A stretch of 64,000 bases of DNA from Candidatus Nezhaarchaeales archaeon (GTDB lineage: Archaea; Thermoproteota; Methanomethylicia; Nezhaarchaeales; WYZ-LMO8). The position numbers were made by a program, and so were the translations under genes. Below, piece after piece: positions 9,944-19,409 of the stretch. The stretch spans positions 704,001 through 768,000 of the forward strand of contig JAWAKK010000001.1 of NCBI GenBank assembly GCA_038887515.1, in the 5' to 3' direction. Positions within the stretch are counted from its first letter, which is position 1. Every line of letters begins with the position of its first letter. Below the pieces are notes generated by a model. That model was not told the origin of the DNA. It was given only the letters and a program-made list of their open reading frames with translations, and did no database searches.

Positions 9944-10712
9944 GGAACTAATTAATACCTTACTTACATTGAAGCCAGAAAATGGTGAGATTAGAGCTGA
10001 GAAGGTAATCATAGGCTTAGGATACACGTGCGTTCTAACAGAGAATGGGTACATAGGGTTATGTCAGACTTTACTGGGAGAGTTAAATGTCCGTTGTTGC
10101 AGGATAGGAAACAAAGCCGGCACCCTTGCAGGTTCGAAGATGAGAGACCTAGTAGAGCTATCAAAATCGTGGGATTTAGGTGAAAGGATCGTGGGGGTTG
10201 CATCAATCAATGCTCTCTCAGCGCCCTACATAGCTGAAAGCAAAGGGGTTAAGCTTCTGAAGGGGAACCTAGTAAATTACATTGACCTTAGGAAGGGGGA
10301 TCTAGTGGTCATGGTCGGAAACATGAGACCCTTTAAGGAGCCCATAAAGGAGAAGGGCTGCAACCTCATCGTTCTTGAGAGGAGCCCCCATCTAATGGAC
10401 GATGATACTTTTCCAGACCTAGCTGCTGAGGACGTTGTCCCTAAAGCTGACGTCCTAATAATCTCCGGTACGAGCATAGCTAACGGAACTATAGATAGAC
10501 TGCTGAAATTAGCTAAGAGAGCTAGGGAGATAGCTTTGACAGGGCCTTCAGCGAGCGCTTGTCCTAAAGTACTATTCGACAACGGTATTACAGTGATAGG
10601 TTGTGTAAGGGTACTCGAGCCCTTCATGGTTGTTAAAGTTGTAAGCGAGGGGGGCGGAACATTAGCTTTAAAGCCCTACCTCGAACAAGTGGTTTTGAGG
10701 CCTAGTAGTTAA
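9930..10712 (+). CDS. DUF364 Rossmann-like protein (putative heavy-metal chelation)
   Basis: GVASINAL, VVMVG, SGT.IANGT.D.LL and GPS motifs typical of DUF364; overlaps cooC. Confidence 0.75.
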   Translation: MGLVEELINTLLTLKPENGEIRAEKVIIGLGYTCVLTENGYIGLCQTLLGELNVRCCRIGNKAGTLAGSKMRDLVELSKSWDLGERIVGVASINALSAPYIAESKGVKLLKGNLVNYIDLRKGDLVVMVGNMRPFKEPIKEKGCNLIVLERSPHLMDDDTFPDLAAEDVVPKADVLIISGTSIANGTIDRLLKLAKRAREIALTGPSASACPKVLFDNGITVIGCVRVLEPFMVVKVVSEGGGTLALKPYLEQVVLRPSS

Positions 10713-10726
10713 CTTTTTAAAGTTAA
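10709..10726 (+). promoter_or_regulatory. TATA box embedded in an inverted repeat upstream of trmB-mobA (candidate operator)
   Basis: TTAACTTT-TT-AAAGTTAA contains TTTAAA about 25 nt before the GTG at 10744. Confidence 0.4.
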
Positions 10727-10743
10727 AGAGAAAGCTATCGACC

Positions 10744-12120
10744 GTGAATAGAGAAGACGTACTTTTATCACTTAAAAGCCTAGGTCTAACAGAGTACGAA
10801 AGTAGGGTTTACTTAGCCCTTATAGACCTCGGAAGGGCCAAGGCGAGAGATATAAGCGATGTCACATCTATAGCATATCCCAAAGTCTATAGTGTTCTGA
10901 ACGATTTAAAGGAGAAGGGCTTTGTTGAAGAGGAGTTGGGAAGGCCTAAATACTTTAGGCCCGTTAATCCCACTAAGGCCATTAAGAACTACGTCGAAGA
11001 AAAAGTATTCATTCTAAAGGATGTGGCAGAAAAGGTTCTAAGGGTTTTAGCTAATAGGTTTGAAGCTTCAACCAGCGAGAAGAATAGGACCCTTGTATTA
11101 CAGAATAAGCGGAGCGTCTTAGATAAGCTAAAAGATCTAATACTTAATGCTGGTAGAGAGGTTCTCATTTCGGCTCCGAGCTTTGAAGTTCTAGGGATTA
11201 AAGCCTTATTTCTTGATTTGAACGCCGCCAAGAGAAGGGGCGTCGATGTTAGGATATTAACATCTACATCAACGTCGAAAAAGGATGTAGAGAAAGTTAT
11301 GGAAGTAGCTGACGTCAGAATTAAAGAGGGCCTTGAAAGTTACTACGTCATAACAGATGCCGGGTCTCTACTCATATCTGGCAAGCTTGATGATCTTAGG
11401 GCCATACTAATTACAGATGAGCTTGGTGTAAAGCCAACGCGCGAGCATTTCAACTATACTTGGTTTGAAGCTATACCTGCTACAATATACTTGGGATTTA
11501 AGAGCGTTGAACGAGGAGTTATAGTTCTAGCTGGCGGTATGAGTAAACGCATGGGGAGAGATAAGACCTTACTCCCAGTTAAGGGTGTCCCGATGATTAG
11601 GAGGGTTACCGATGTAGCATTAAGTGTTGCAGGCGAAGTCGTAATCGTTACGGGTAGCCGAAGGATGGCGATGAACCTAAGCAGTGCCGTTGGAAAAGAA
11701 GTTACGATAGTTGAGGACGAAGAAAGGGGTTGGGGGCCTATAATGGGCATACTAACTGGTTGTAAGAAAGCACGTGCTGAATACGTGGCTGTCGTTCCCT
11801 GCGATGCACCTTTCTTGAATCCTAAAGTGATATTAGAGTTATTCAAAAGGGCTGAAGGACATGACGCTGCCATTCCTAGATGGCCCAATGGTTACTTAGA
11901 GCCACTTCACTCCGTGTACCGAAGACAATCCGTATTAGAGGTGGCACAGAAACTCGTTGATAAAGGCTCTAGGTCGATACTTCACTTAATAGAGAACTTA
12001 AACGACGTTGTCTACGTTCCAGTAGAGGAACTTAAGCTCATAGACGAAAAGCTGTTGACCTTCTTTAACGTCAACACGCCTAGGGACCTGTTGATGGCCG
12101 AGGCTATGGACATTTCATGA
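10744..12120 (+). CDS. mobA: TrmB-family transcription regulator fused to molybdenum cofactor guanylyltransferase MobA
   Basis: N-terminal LGLTEYESRVY...KVYSVL..L.EKG wHTH, then a TrmB effector-type domain, then LAGGMSKRMGRDK, GP..GI, CD.P, EPLH, NVNTP.D. Confidence 0.85.
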   Translation: MNREDVLLSLKSLGLTEYESRVYLALIDLGRAKARDISDVTSIAYPKVYSVLNDLKEKGFVEEELGRPKYFRPVNPTKAIKNYVEEKVFILKDVAEKVLRVLANRFEASTSEKNRTLVLQNKRSVLDKLKDLILNAGREVLISAPSFEVLGIKALFLDLNAAKRRGVDVRILTSTSTSKKDVEKVMEVADVRIKEGLESYYVITDAGSLLISGKLDDLRAILITDELGVKPTREHFNYTWFEAIPATIYLGFKSVERGVIVLAGGMSKRMGRDKTLLPVKGVPMIRRVTDVALSVAGEVVIVTGSRRMAMNLSSAVGKEVTIVEDEERGWGPIMGILTGCKKARAEYVAVVPCDAPFLNPKVILELFKRAEGHDAAIPRWPNGYLEPLHSVYRRQSVLEVAQKLVDKGSRSILHLIENLNDVVYVPVEELKLIDEKLLTFFNVNTPRDLLMAEAMDIS

Positions 12121-12640
12121 AACTTTCTACTGCTCTAAGTAGTTTTTCTTCATCTCGCGGAAGTACTAAACAGTCGGCCCCCAGATATTGAAATTCGAGT
12201 AATCTTTGATTAAATGTACAGAAAGCTATTATTGGCGGCTCCGTTCCTTCGACCCTACACTTAAGGTCGTCGAGATCCTTAAAGGCTATAATCTTGCCGA
12301 CATCGGTTCTCCTAGCAACAAGCCTATGGAAGCCTTCTATGACCACAACATCTATCTCTGCCATTTCAACAAGCTTTAAGACCTCTTCAAGCTTTTCAGG
12401 TTCTCCTCTAGTTCTTAATATTGTACCCGCCTCTGATGGAGAAAGATAGGCGGTTACCTTAGCCCCTGCAACCCTGTGCCTCCATGTGTCGCTACCCTCT
12501 TTATCGATTGTAAAGCCGATGTGATGTATGTGCTTTATTGCGCCGACAGCAAAACCAAGCTTCGTAAGGTACCTTATTACTATCTCCGCAATGCTGGTTT
12601 TGCCCGATTTCTTGCTCCCAATTATGGCTATTTTTTTCAT
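12104..12640 (-). CDS. mobB: Molybdopterin-guanine dinucleotide biosynthesis protein MobB
   Basis: GSKKSGKT, IKH.H, D..G.DT.R...AGA, VIEGF. Confidence 0.9.
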   Translation of the reverse strand: MKKIAIIGSKKSGKTSIAEIVIRYLTKLGFAVGAIKHIHHIGFTIDKEGSDTWRHRVAGAKVTAYLSPSEAGTILRTRGEPEKLEEVLKLVEMAEIDVVVIEGFHRLVARRTDVGKIIAFKDLDDLKCRVEGTEPPIIAFCTFNQRLLEFQYLGADCLVLPRDEEKLLRAVESFMKCP

Positions 12641-12787
12641 AAACCTCCTTACCCCAAGACTGTAAGCCTGAAAATAAATTCCTTTGGTCTCAGAACCGAG
12701 TTACTAAGCAAGTTGCCCAAATTTACCTCGTTCATTGAGCTCTTAGGATACCTTAAAAAGCTTTGCTGAGAACACTCATAGTTAGTT

Positions 12788-13771
12788 GTGGTTAGTTGTA
12801 AAGGTGATTTTTCGTTGCTACTTGACAAGTACGGTAGACCAATAACCAACCTCAGGATTACGATAACCCATAGGTGCAATTATAGGTGTTTCTATTGTCA
12901 CATGGAGGGGGAAAGGGGGTTTGACGAATTAACAGTCAGTGAAATAGCTAGGCTTGTAAGGATAGGTAAGAGGCTTGGCATGGACAAGGTCAAACTAACT
13001 GGAGGAGAGCCGCTTCTACGTTGCGATGTCGTCGACATCGTTAAGGCTGTAAGCGACGTAAAAGTGGCGGACTTGGCGATGACTACTAATGGGTCGTACT
13101 TAAATAACCTCGCAACTCAGCTCGTTGAAGCCGGCCTAAAGAGAGTAAACGTCAGCTTACCCTCACTAAAGGAGGAAGTCTTCGAGAAAATAACCGGTGT
13201 TAGATTGCTCAGCAACGTCATAAATGGCCTCCTCGTAGCCAAGGATTGCGGCTTAAGCCCTATTAAGCTTAACATGGTTCTGCTTAAGGGGCTTAATGAC
13301 CGTGAAGTTTGGGATTTGATGGAATTCGCAAGGAGGCACGAGTTCATACTCCAGTTAATAGAGCTAGAGCCCGTAGGCATCGTTGATGAATTCTACAAGA
13401 CATACCATGTAAATCTTGACGATGTCGAGAAATGGCTTGAAAGTAGGGCCGTTAAGGTTGATGAGAGGAAAGCAATGCATAACAGGAGACAGTACGACCT
13501 CGGCGACCTCAAAGTTGAGGTCGTTAAGCCCCTTAACAATCCCGACTTCTGTATGCACTGTACGAGACTTAGGATTACTGTTGATGGAAAGTTAAAGCCC
13601 TGCCTCATGAGAAATGATAATCTAATTGACGTGCTCGGGGCTTTAAGGGGTGGAGCGAGCGATGAAGACCTCGTAAAGCTCTTCATCAAGGCTGTTGAAG
13701 TGAGAGAGCCATACTTCAAAGCTAGCTGCAAAGGAGGGCTTGAGGGATCTGTGAGGGCTAGGAGATGCTGA
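12788..13771 (+). CDS. moaA: GTP 3',8-cyclase MoaA
   Basis: D.YGR...LRI.IT.RCNYRCFYC, TGGEP, FCMHCTRLR...G.LKPCL. Confidence 0.93.
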   Translation: MVSCKGDFSLLLDKYGRPITNLRITITHRCNYRCFYCHMEGERGFDELTVSEIARLVRIGKRLGMDKVKLTGGEPLLRCDVVDIVKAVSDVKVADLAMTTNGSYLNNLATQLVEAGLKRVNVSLPSLKEEVFEKITGVRLLSNVINGLLVAKDCGLSPIKLNMVLLKGLNDREVWDLMEFARRHEFILQLIELEPVGIVDEFYKTYHVNLDDVEKWLESRAVKVDERKAMHNRRQYDLGDLKVEVVKPLNNPDFCMHCTRLRITVDGKLKPCLMRNDNLIDVLGALRGGASDEDLVKLFIKAVEVREPYFKASCKGGLEGSVRARRC

Positions 13772-13878
13772 ATACGTAAGTTGCTAATCTAGACGATGTT
13801 TGCGTAGCATAGACCTCACGAATATGTTAGCTCTGAAATGTTGAGGCGAGAAATCTTTATTGCAGATTACACTTAAGG

Positions 13879-15168
13879 ATGAGACAAGAAAGGGGAAGGA
13901 TTGTGAGAATGATAAGGGAAGACTGGAAGAGAGTTTTAAAGCTGACTTCGCCCGAAGAGGCTGCTAAGAAGCTTTTGGAAGTAGTGAAAGTTAAGCCGAG
14001 GACTGAAGAGGTGAGCGTTGTTGATAGTCTCGGTAGGGTTTTGGCTGAAAACATTATAGCCAGCCAAGACGTACCACCTTATGACTGCGCTTGTTTTGAA
14101 GGCTACGCCGTGAGGTCTAAGGATACTTCAAAGGCTTCTAGAGACTGCCCAGTTAAGTTGAAGGTGATAGGTAAAGTTTTGCCTGAAACACGTGAGCTTC
14201 CGAGGATTAAGGAAGGAGAGGCGGCATTCTTAGTTACTGGAGCACCAATCCCCCCGGGGGCAGACGCTCTCGTAAAAGTTGAGGAGACTAGGTTAGAGGA
14301 TGGATACGTATTGGTATTCAGGAAGATAGAAGAGCTTGAAAACGTTGCTGTTAAAGGTGAGGACATTAAAGCCGGGGAACCAGTACTGCGAAGCGGCCAC
14401 ACCATAAGGCCAATAGACGTAGGACTGCTTATGGGGCTAGGGATATCTAAGGTTAAAGTCTACGTAAAGCCGAGGTTCGCTATACTATCTGTTGGAAAAG
14501 AACTTTACCTAAAAAGTTTAGAGACGAAGGACCCTCCACCAAACAACTACGCGTACGTCATTAAAGGTCTGATAGAGGAGCTCGGCGGATTGGCCGATGT
14601 GATTGGCATACTGCCCGATGACGTGGAGGCTGTTAAGGAGGCCATCTTGAAGGCAATTAATGAATACGACGTTTTAATAACCATGGGCAGTTGCAGTATT
14701 GGGATTAACGATACGGTTCCTGACGCTATAAACGAACTAGGAGAACTAGGGGTAATAGTTCATGGTCTCACACTTAGCCCTGGAAAGCCTGCAGGCTTTG
14801 GGGTTTTAAAGGGAAAGCCTATCATAATGTTGCCCGGCCACATAGTCTCGGCTGTAGCGGCATTTTATTCTTTATGTTTGCCCCTAATAGCTTATCTTAC
14901 AGGAAGAACCATGAATAACCTGCTACCCTACGTATACGCTGAGTTTAGGGAGGATGAAGAGCCCTGGGGAGGCTATAGGTTTCTGAGAGCTAGAGTCGAG
15001 GACTTGAACGGCAACTTTGTCGCAAAGCCCATGCACGGAGGGGCGAACGTCATGACTACGTTGCTTAAAGCAAACTATTTCGTATTGTTGCCACCTAAGA
15101 CTGCTATCAAGAAGGGCGATAAGTTAAGGCTAACAGCATTAAGTCTCCTAGATTCATTGCCACAATAG
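13879..15168 (+). CDS. moeA: Molybdopterin metal insertase MoeA (divergent paralogue 2)
   Basis: GRVLAE, EGYAV, TGAPIP.GAD, PGKP, LPG. Confidence 0.85.
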   Translation: MRQERGRIVRMIREDWKRVLKLTSPEEAAKKLLEVVKVKPRTEEVSVVDSLGRVLAENIIASQDVPPYDCACFEGYAVRSKDTSKASRDCPVKLKVIGKVLPETRELPRIKEGEAAFLVTGAPIPPGADALVKVEETRLEDGYVLVFRKIEELENVAVKGEDIKAGEPVLRSGHTIRPIDVGLLMGLGISKVKVYVKPRFAILSVGKELYLKSLETKDPPPNNYAYVIKGLIEELGGLADVIGILPDDVEAVKEAILKAINEYDVLITMGSCSIGINDTVPDAINELGELGVIVHGLTLSPGKPAGFGVLKGKPIIMLPGHIVSAVAAFYSLCLPLIAYLTGRTMNNLLPYVYAEFREDEEPWGGYRFLRARVEDLNGNFVAKPMHGGANVMTTLLKANYFVLLPPKTAIKKGDKLRLTALSLLDSLPQ

Positions 15169-15219
15169 CGTTGCCCTAAATCCTTTGAAGCACCTTATAC
15201 CCTACATTAATTTCAGGGA

Positions 15220-16035
15220 TTAAACCAATAGTCTTAAGGTTTCGACTATACGATCAAGAAATACCAAGTCTCGAACCCTTGGCGTCAAGCTTAGGCTTAT
15301 CGGTGTTACGGATATGTAGCCAGATCTTACAGCCTCAACATCAGTATCTTCATAATCTTTGGGGTACAATGTTATATCCCATCTAGCTATCCTATAGCCT
15401 CCCGGGCAATCTACATGTATATCAGGGTAACCCTTTTTGGATGGGCGAGTCAACTTCACTCCTCTTATGCCGCTTCGATAATCTGGGACATTTATAGAGA
15501 GTACGTCGATGTCTTCGGGCATCCCGACATCGATTACTAACTTTGCCAATAGCCTTGCAATCTTCGCAGCCAACTTTAAACCGGGATCTCGAAGGAGGCA
15601 ATTACTGATATCGTCGTCAAATTCCCTAGCTATGCAATACGAGATGGCGATCGACGGTATACCGTGTATCGCGGCCTCCATTGCGGCTCCTATCGTCCCT
15701 GAGTTTAAGATATCGTCGACTCCTAAATTAGGTCCAAGGTTTATGCCAGCTACAGCAACATCGGGTTTCTCCTTCAGTATTTTGTGTAACGCTATAAGCA
15801 CGGCGTCCGCCGGTGTACCGTCTATTGAATAGGCTTCTCCGCATTGAAGCTTAACCTTCTCGACTTTAACTGCATCGCCAACCGTCAGCGCTTTTCCTAT
15901 CCCGCTCCTTTCTCTCTTAGGGCCAACCATTATGCAATCGAATTCTGCACTAAGCTCTTCTTTCAACATCGCTATGCCTGTAGAATGAACTCCGTCATCG
16001 TTGACCACGAGGGCTAACGGTCTCTTCACGTTCAA
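15220..16035 (-). CDS. surE: 5'/3'-nucleotidase SurE
   Basis: NDDG, GTPAD, GIN.G.N, SGT.GAA.E, SVTP. Confidence 0.92.
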   Translation of the reverse strand: MNVKRPLALVVNDDGVHSTGIAMLKEELSAEFDCIMVGPKRERSGIGKALTVGDAVKVEKVKLQCGEAYSIDGTPADAVLIALHKILKEKPDVAVAGINLGPNLGVDDILNSGTIGAAMEAAIHGIPSIAISYCIAREFDDDISNCLLRDPGLKLAAKIARLLAKLVIDVGMPEDIDVLSINVPDYRSGIRGVKLTRPSKKGYPDIHVDCPGGYRIARWDITLYPKDYEDTDVEAVRSGYISVTPISLSLTPRVRDLVFLDRIVETLRLLV

Positions 16036-16667
16036 TCATCCCTTAACACTTTATGTAGATCTACGGTCTTTATGGCTCCTTCCCTAATGACCCTTACCTC
16101 TCCGTCCACTTCAACGACCATGGAAGGCACTCCGAGTGGGCAACTACCCCCATTGATGGCGACGTCGACTTGACTTAAAAGCCAAGTATCAACCTCTTCT
16201 AACGATTTAGGTTCTCTTTCGCCGGTTTTATTAGCGCTCGTTCCCACTATTAATCCGCCTATGTTTTCAGCTAATATCCTTGCAACCATGCTGTTTGGAA
16301 TTCTTACCCCAACCTTCGGTTTACCCATAGTCACTTGAACGGGTAGATAGGACTTTAGTGGCAATACCATCGTTAAAGGACCAGGCCAGAAGACACGGGC
16401 TAGCTTCTCTGCCTTAGAGGTCATATCGACTATTAACTTTATAGCCTCAATACCTGAAGCTAGTATCGGTAGAGGCTTCCCACGGCGACCCTTTAAGTTT
16501 AAAAGTCTCGTTAAGGCCTCTTCATTTCGAGGGTCGCAACCAATGCCATAGACTGTATCTGTAGGGTATATCACTATTCCGCCATCTCTTAGAGAGCTTA
16601 TGGCTGGCTTTAAAGCTGCCTTTAATTCATGCTCTTCTCTAAGTCCTCTAATATCTATGGTTAGCAT
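16032..16667 (-). CDS. tsaC: L-threonylcarbamoyladenylate synthase (short TsaC/YrdC form)
   Basis: YPTDTVYG, K.R...KP, WPGPLT, TSAN; no SUA5 C-terminal domain. Confidence 0.88.
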   Translation of the reverse strand: MLTIDIRGLREEHELKAALKPAISSLRDGGIVIYPTDTVYGIGCDPRNEEALTRLLNLKGRRGKPLPILASGIEAIKLIVDMTSKAEKLARVFWPGPLTMVLPLKSYLPVQVTMGKPKVGVRIPNSMVARILAENIGGLIVGTSANKTGEREPKSLEEVDTWLLSQVDVAINGGSCPLGVPSMVVEVDGEVRVIREGAIKTVDLHKVLRDD

Positions 16668-16729
16668 CGATAGGCACTAGTCTTAAAGCTCTATAAATAC
16701 GCTTCGTCTCAAAGGCTCTACGAGCGCGT

Positions 16730-17131
16730 ATGGACAGGGGCGTAGCTTCTTCACTAGCACTCTTAGCTTCAATTATGATATTGATGAGTCAGATAAGCAT
16801 AAATGTAGCTTTCGTAGAGGTCGTAAACGAAGAGGTTGCGAAGACTGTTCAGAAGGTCGTTGAGAGGGCTCGTCTTAGTCAGCTAAACTTAGTCGTCGCT
16901 ACTGAGGGTTCATCGATAATTGTGTTTAATGGTCGAGAGAGTGGGGTATCTATAACTAGCTTATCGCTATGCTACATCAACGGTAGCGTTGTGGACCTTA
17001 AAGTAGATTGGTTCATTCCAGCAAAATCTGCGTGTAAGCACCATGTTCCTTTATCCATCTCTGATTGCGTGGCAGTAATATTGGTGTTAAATGAAGGAGA
17101 AAGAATGCTATTGCCCGTAAGTAAGGTTTAA
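16730..17131 (+). CDS. Hypothetical protein with class III (pilin-like) signal peptide
   Basis: MDRG followed by a hydrophobic helix, then ER..L and a beta-rich C-terminus with a V.N motif like archaeal minor pilins. Confidence 0.5.
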   Translation: MDRGVASSLALLASIMILMSQISINVAFVEVVNEEVAKTVQKVVERARLSQLNLVVATEGSSIIVFNGRESGVSITSLSLCYINGSVVDLKVDWFIPAKSACKHHVPLSISDCVAVILVLNEGERMLLPVSKV

Positions 17132-18103
17132 CTATGATGCTATGGGGATTTTGAGCTTCCTTATAAGCTCTTTGTACCGGTTCCTCACAGTTACCTCAGT
17201 GACTTGAGCTGCCCTAGCTATCTCCTTTTGAGTTTTTCTTTCACCAGTCAGTAGAGACGCTATGTATATAGAGGCTGCAGCTAGGCCGGCTGGATCCTTA
17301 CCTGCTGTTAAGCCGGCTTTTCTAGCTTGCTGTATTATTTCGATGGCTTTCTTCTGTAGCACGCCGCTTAGACCTAGAGAACTAGTGATTCTCGGTACGA
17401 AATCTATCGGGTCTACTATCGGTATGTTAACTTTGACGTGTCTTAGCAATAATCGATAACACCTGGCAACGTCTTTTCTACCAGCTTTAGTGCAATCAGC
17501 TATTTCGTCGAGGGTTCTAGGAATTTTAAGCGTCCTGCAGGCAGCATGTATAGAGGCTGCCATAACCGATTCTATTGAACGCCCCCTAACTAGACCTGCT
17601 CTTACGGCTTCTCTGTAGATCTTCAACGCCTCCTCCTTAACGTTCTGAGGTAGGTTTAACCTGAAGGCTATTCGTTCAAGGTGATTCGTTGCCTGCTGAA
17701 TATTCCTATCTTGTGAAGTTTGGATCCTACTTCTTATCTGCCAGCGTCTCCACCTAGAGACTTCAAAAACCTTTTGAGGACTTAGCTTGTGGCCCGTCGC
17801 ATCCCTAATGGGCCATTGTATAACCGTAGGAGAAACGCCTTCAGCTAATGTAGTGGAGATCGGGGGTCCAACTCTATCCCTCTTTTCCCTCTCTTCTGGC
17901 GTAAAAGCTCTCCACTCCGGGCCTTGATCAATAAGCCTTTCATCTATGACTAAACCGCAATTCATACATGTGAGTTCTCCACGATCATAACTCCTTACTA
18001 TGTTCGAACTACCACATTCTGGGCACCGATCAATACCCTTAAAATCTACATCAGGCTTCTTATCCTCCATCCCCTTTCCAACATACAACTTATTCTCGGC
18101 CAT
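17132..18103 (-). CDS. tfb: Transcription initiation factor IIB
   Basis: CPECG Zn ribbon, GPEWRAF B-reader, two cyclin repeats, [11 protein letters not shown]. Confidence 0.96.
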   Translation of the reverse strand: MAENKLYVGKGMEDKKPDVDFKGIDRCPECGSSNIVRSYDRGELTCMNCGLVIDERLIDQGPEWRAFTPEEREKRDRVGPPISTTLAEGVSPTVIQWPIRDATGHKLSPQKVFEVSRWRRWQIRSRIQTSQDRNIQQATNHLERIAFRLNLPQNVKEEALKIYREAVRAGLVRGRSIESVMAASIHAACRTLKIPRTLDEIADCTKAGRKDVARCYRLLLRHVKVNIPIVDPIDFVPRITSSLGLSGVLQKKAIEIIQQARKAGLTAGKDPAGLAAASIYIASLLTGERKTQKEIARAAQVTEVTVRNRYKELIRKLKIPIAS

Positions 18104-18318
18104 TCTCTAAACCTCCAAATTTGGTAATTAAATATCCACTTTACATACCATTACCTTAAAATACCCCGGTAAAGGGAGACCTCTACGATTAGAGATATTT
18201 AAATTTTTCTGGTAAATTGAAGAAAACAGGAGAGACTTATATAACCTTTTCGCAACATTTTCCCCAAACGTCGTTAAGGCATTAAGGTTATAAGGAATCC
18301 ACCCTTCTTCTTTAAAAA

Positions 18319-18415
18319 GGGCCCGTGGCGCAGCCCGGATAGCGCGGCGACAACCGTTAAGGTTGCCGTAAGCCTCCTAAGCCGTTGGTCGTGGGTTCAA
18401 ATCCCACCGGGCCCG
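18319..18415 (+). tRNA. tRNA-Arg(CCT) with a 22-nt non-canonical intron at 29/30 (18350-18371)
   Basis: GGGCCCG/CGGGCCC acceptor stem, GTTCAAATC T-loop, anticodon CCT at 18376-18378, and a BHB-like junction. Confidence 0.92.
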
Positions 18416-18493
18416 TCATCTTCACTGCAAAACTTAAAATACTTCCGTATTAAAGCAAATTGACGTTATAGGAGCGAGGGCTGGTGCTAAGGG

Positions 18494-19384
18494 TTGGATG
18501 AGAAGGAGCCCTTAGTCTATATAGATGGACAACTAGTGCCTAAAAGCTCAGCTAAGATCTCCGTGTTCGATCACGGTTTTCTTTATGGCGACGGCGTTTT
18601 TGAGGGCATCATGGTCTACAACGGCGTTGCCTTCAAGCTCAAAGAGCATGTCGATAGGCTCTACGACTCTGCGAGAGCGCTATGTATAGACATACCCATG
18701 AAGGAGGAGGAAATGATAAAGACCATTGTAAACGTTATTCGCGCGAACGGCTTCAAGAATGCTTACGTAAGGGTAATAGTCACGAGGGGCGTTGGGGACT
18801 TAGGATTGGATCCTAGAAAGTGCTCTAAACCGACGATAGTCATCATAGTGGACAAGATAAAGCTATTTGATGACGAGGTGTGGAAGAGGGGCATTACTGC
18901 TATAATATCGTCCGTTAGGCGCGACAGCGTTGACGCTACAACTCATGAAATAAAATCGATGAACTACTTGAATAGCATATTAGCTAAGATAGAGGCCAAT
19001 GCCGTGGGAGCCGATGAAGCGATAATGCTTGACGAGAGGGGGTTTGTAGCCGAAGGAACTGGCGAGAACGTATTCATCGTTAAAAATGGAGTGATATATA
19101 CGCCTTCAAGGGCGAGCGGTATACTACCGGGTATCACCAGGGCTAGGGTTATAAAGCTCGCTGAAGAGATGGGGTATAAGGTCGTTGAAAGGGATATAAC
19201 GCCGGCTGAATTACTAACTGCAGACGAAGTTTTCTTAACGGGTACAGCTGCTGGCATAGTCCCGGTTACCAAGATAGCTGGAAGAACTATAGGAGATGGC
19301 AAGCCAGGGCCGATTACGAGAAAGCTCATAGAGAAGTTTAGAGAGCTTAGAGAAGACCCTTCAGAAGGAGTCAAAATTTTTTGA
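18494..19384 (+). CDS. ilvE: Branched-chain amino acid aminotransferase
   Basis: DHGFLYGDGVFEG, catalytic Lys in IKSMNY, EGTGEN, LPGITR, GTAA. Confidence 0.93.
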   Translation: MDEKEPLVYIDGQLVPKSSAKISVFDHGFLYGDGVFEGIMVYNGVAFKLKEHVDRLYDSARALCIDIPMKEEEMIKTIVNVIRANGFKNAYVRVIVTRGVGDLGLDPRKCSKPTIVIIVDKIKLFDDEVWKRGITAIISSVRRDSVDATTHEIKSMNYLNSILAKIEANAVGADEAIMLDERGFVAEGTGENVFIVKNGVIYTPSRASGILPGITRARVIKLAEEMGYKVVERDITPAELLTADEVFLTGTAAGIVPVTKIAGRTIGDGKPGPITRKLIEKFRELREDPSEGVKIF

Positions 19385-19409
19385 GCAATAAAGAGAGTAA
19401 AGAAGTTTG

